Of a stretch of 17,566 nucleotides of DNA, positions 17,331 through 17,566 are shown in pieces (the stretch's first letter is position 1; every line of letters starts with the position of its first letter). The position numbers and the translations under genes are program-made. Under the pieces are notes generated by a model that worked only from the letters and a program-made list of their open reading frames with translations, was not told the origin of the DNA and searched no databases. Source of the stretch: Anaerolineae bacterium (GTDB lineage: Bacteria; Chloroflexota; Anaerolineae; S140-20). The stretch covers positions 1-17,566 of the forward strand of contig JALUTT010000019.1 of assembly GCA_027021705.1 (NCBI GenBank), read 5' to 3'.

Positions 17331-17402
17331 CGCCCTCGCTCGCCTATCTCAGTAATCGGTCGTTGGGTCGGACGGTCGGGTAATCCCGTAGGAGGTGGCT
17401 GC

Positions 17403-17431
17403 ATTATAGCACGATTGGGGGGGGGATACAA
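17403..17431 (-). promoter_or_regulatory. Sigma70-type promoter with extended -10 and a C9 homopolymer in the spacer
   Basis: Minus strand reads TTGTAT (17431-17426), then a 17-nt spacer CCCCCCCCCAATCGTGC, then TATAAT (17408-17403). The TGn extension is present. Confidence 0.7.
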
Positions 17432-17448
17432 ACGGTCAGCCGCGACCG

Positions 17449-17565
17449 TCACGAGTTTGGGACATCATTCTGAGTTGCCTCCAAAGGCCAGACAACGCTC
17501 AGGCCGGCGCAAAGGGAAGCCATCGGCACCTGGCTGATGTCGTAGCCGGCCAACTCCAGCGGGCA
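17449..17565 (-). CDS. Probable 3' end of an upstream gene cut by the window edge
   Basis: Open frame CPLELAGYDISQVPMASLCAGLSVVWPLEATQNDVPNS* with G/C-ending codons in its first half. Too short to identify. Confidence 0.4.
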   Translation of the reverse strand, partial: CPLELAGYDISQVPMASLCAGLSVVWPLEATQNDVPNS

Positions 17566-17566
17566 C

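Noticed and set aside
17331..17400. Lysine riboswitch, T-box or Thr leader peptide ahead of the aspartate-pathway genes
   Set aside because: The predicted 5' UTR is only about 65 nt, with no matching motifs, Thr-rich mini-ORF or terminator.

Overview
GC-rich bacterial chromosomal window. Gene content and short intergenic repeats suggest Chloroflexota/Anaerolineae (inference). Almost all genes lie on the minus strand. Read in transcription order they are: a sigma70-type promoter with a C9 tract in its spacer, a 367-aa hypothetical protein, homoserine dehydrogenase (hom), aspartate kinase (lysC), a large Type IIG-like restriction-modification fusion gene translationally coupled to lysC, asd and a glycerophosphodiester phosphodiesterase. 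Further left are pbpC, whose 3' end runs into a heptamer tandem repeat, a REC-GAF-GAF-GAF-PAS-HisKA-HATPase hybrid kinase and a REC/winged-helix response regulator. On the plus strand there is a minimal nucleotidyltransferase (MNT) preceded by a truncated HEPN remnant. The most notable hidden structure is a set of miniature inverted-repeat elements (MITEs). (1) An 86-bp TA-duplicating hairpin element splits the RM gene; removing it fuses the 1179-aa ORF and the '104-aa hypothetical' into one 1267-aa ORF. (2) A 122-bp element with an 8-bp target duplication lies between asd and the phosphodiesterase gene. (3) A terminal repeat of that second family sits exactly where the HEPN gene is cut off. 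Both defence/toxin genes in the window therefore appear to have been disabled by MITEs.
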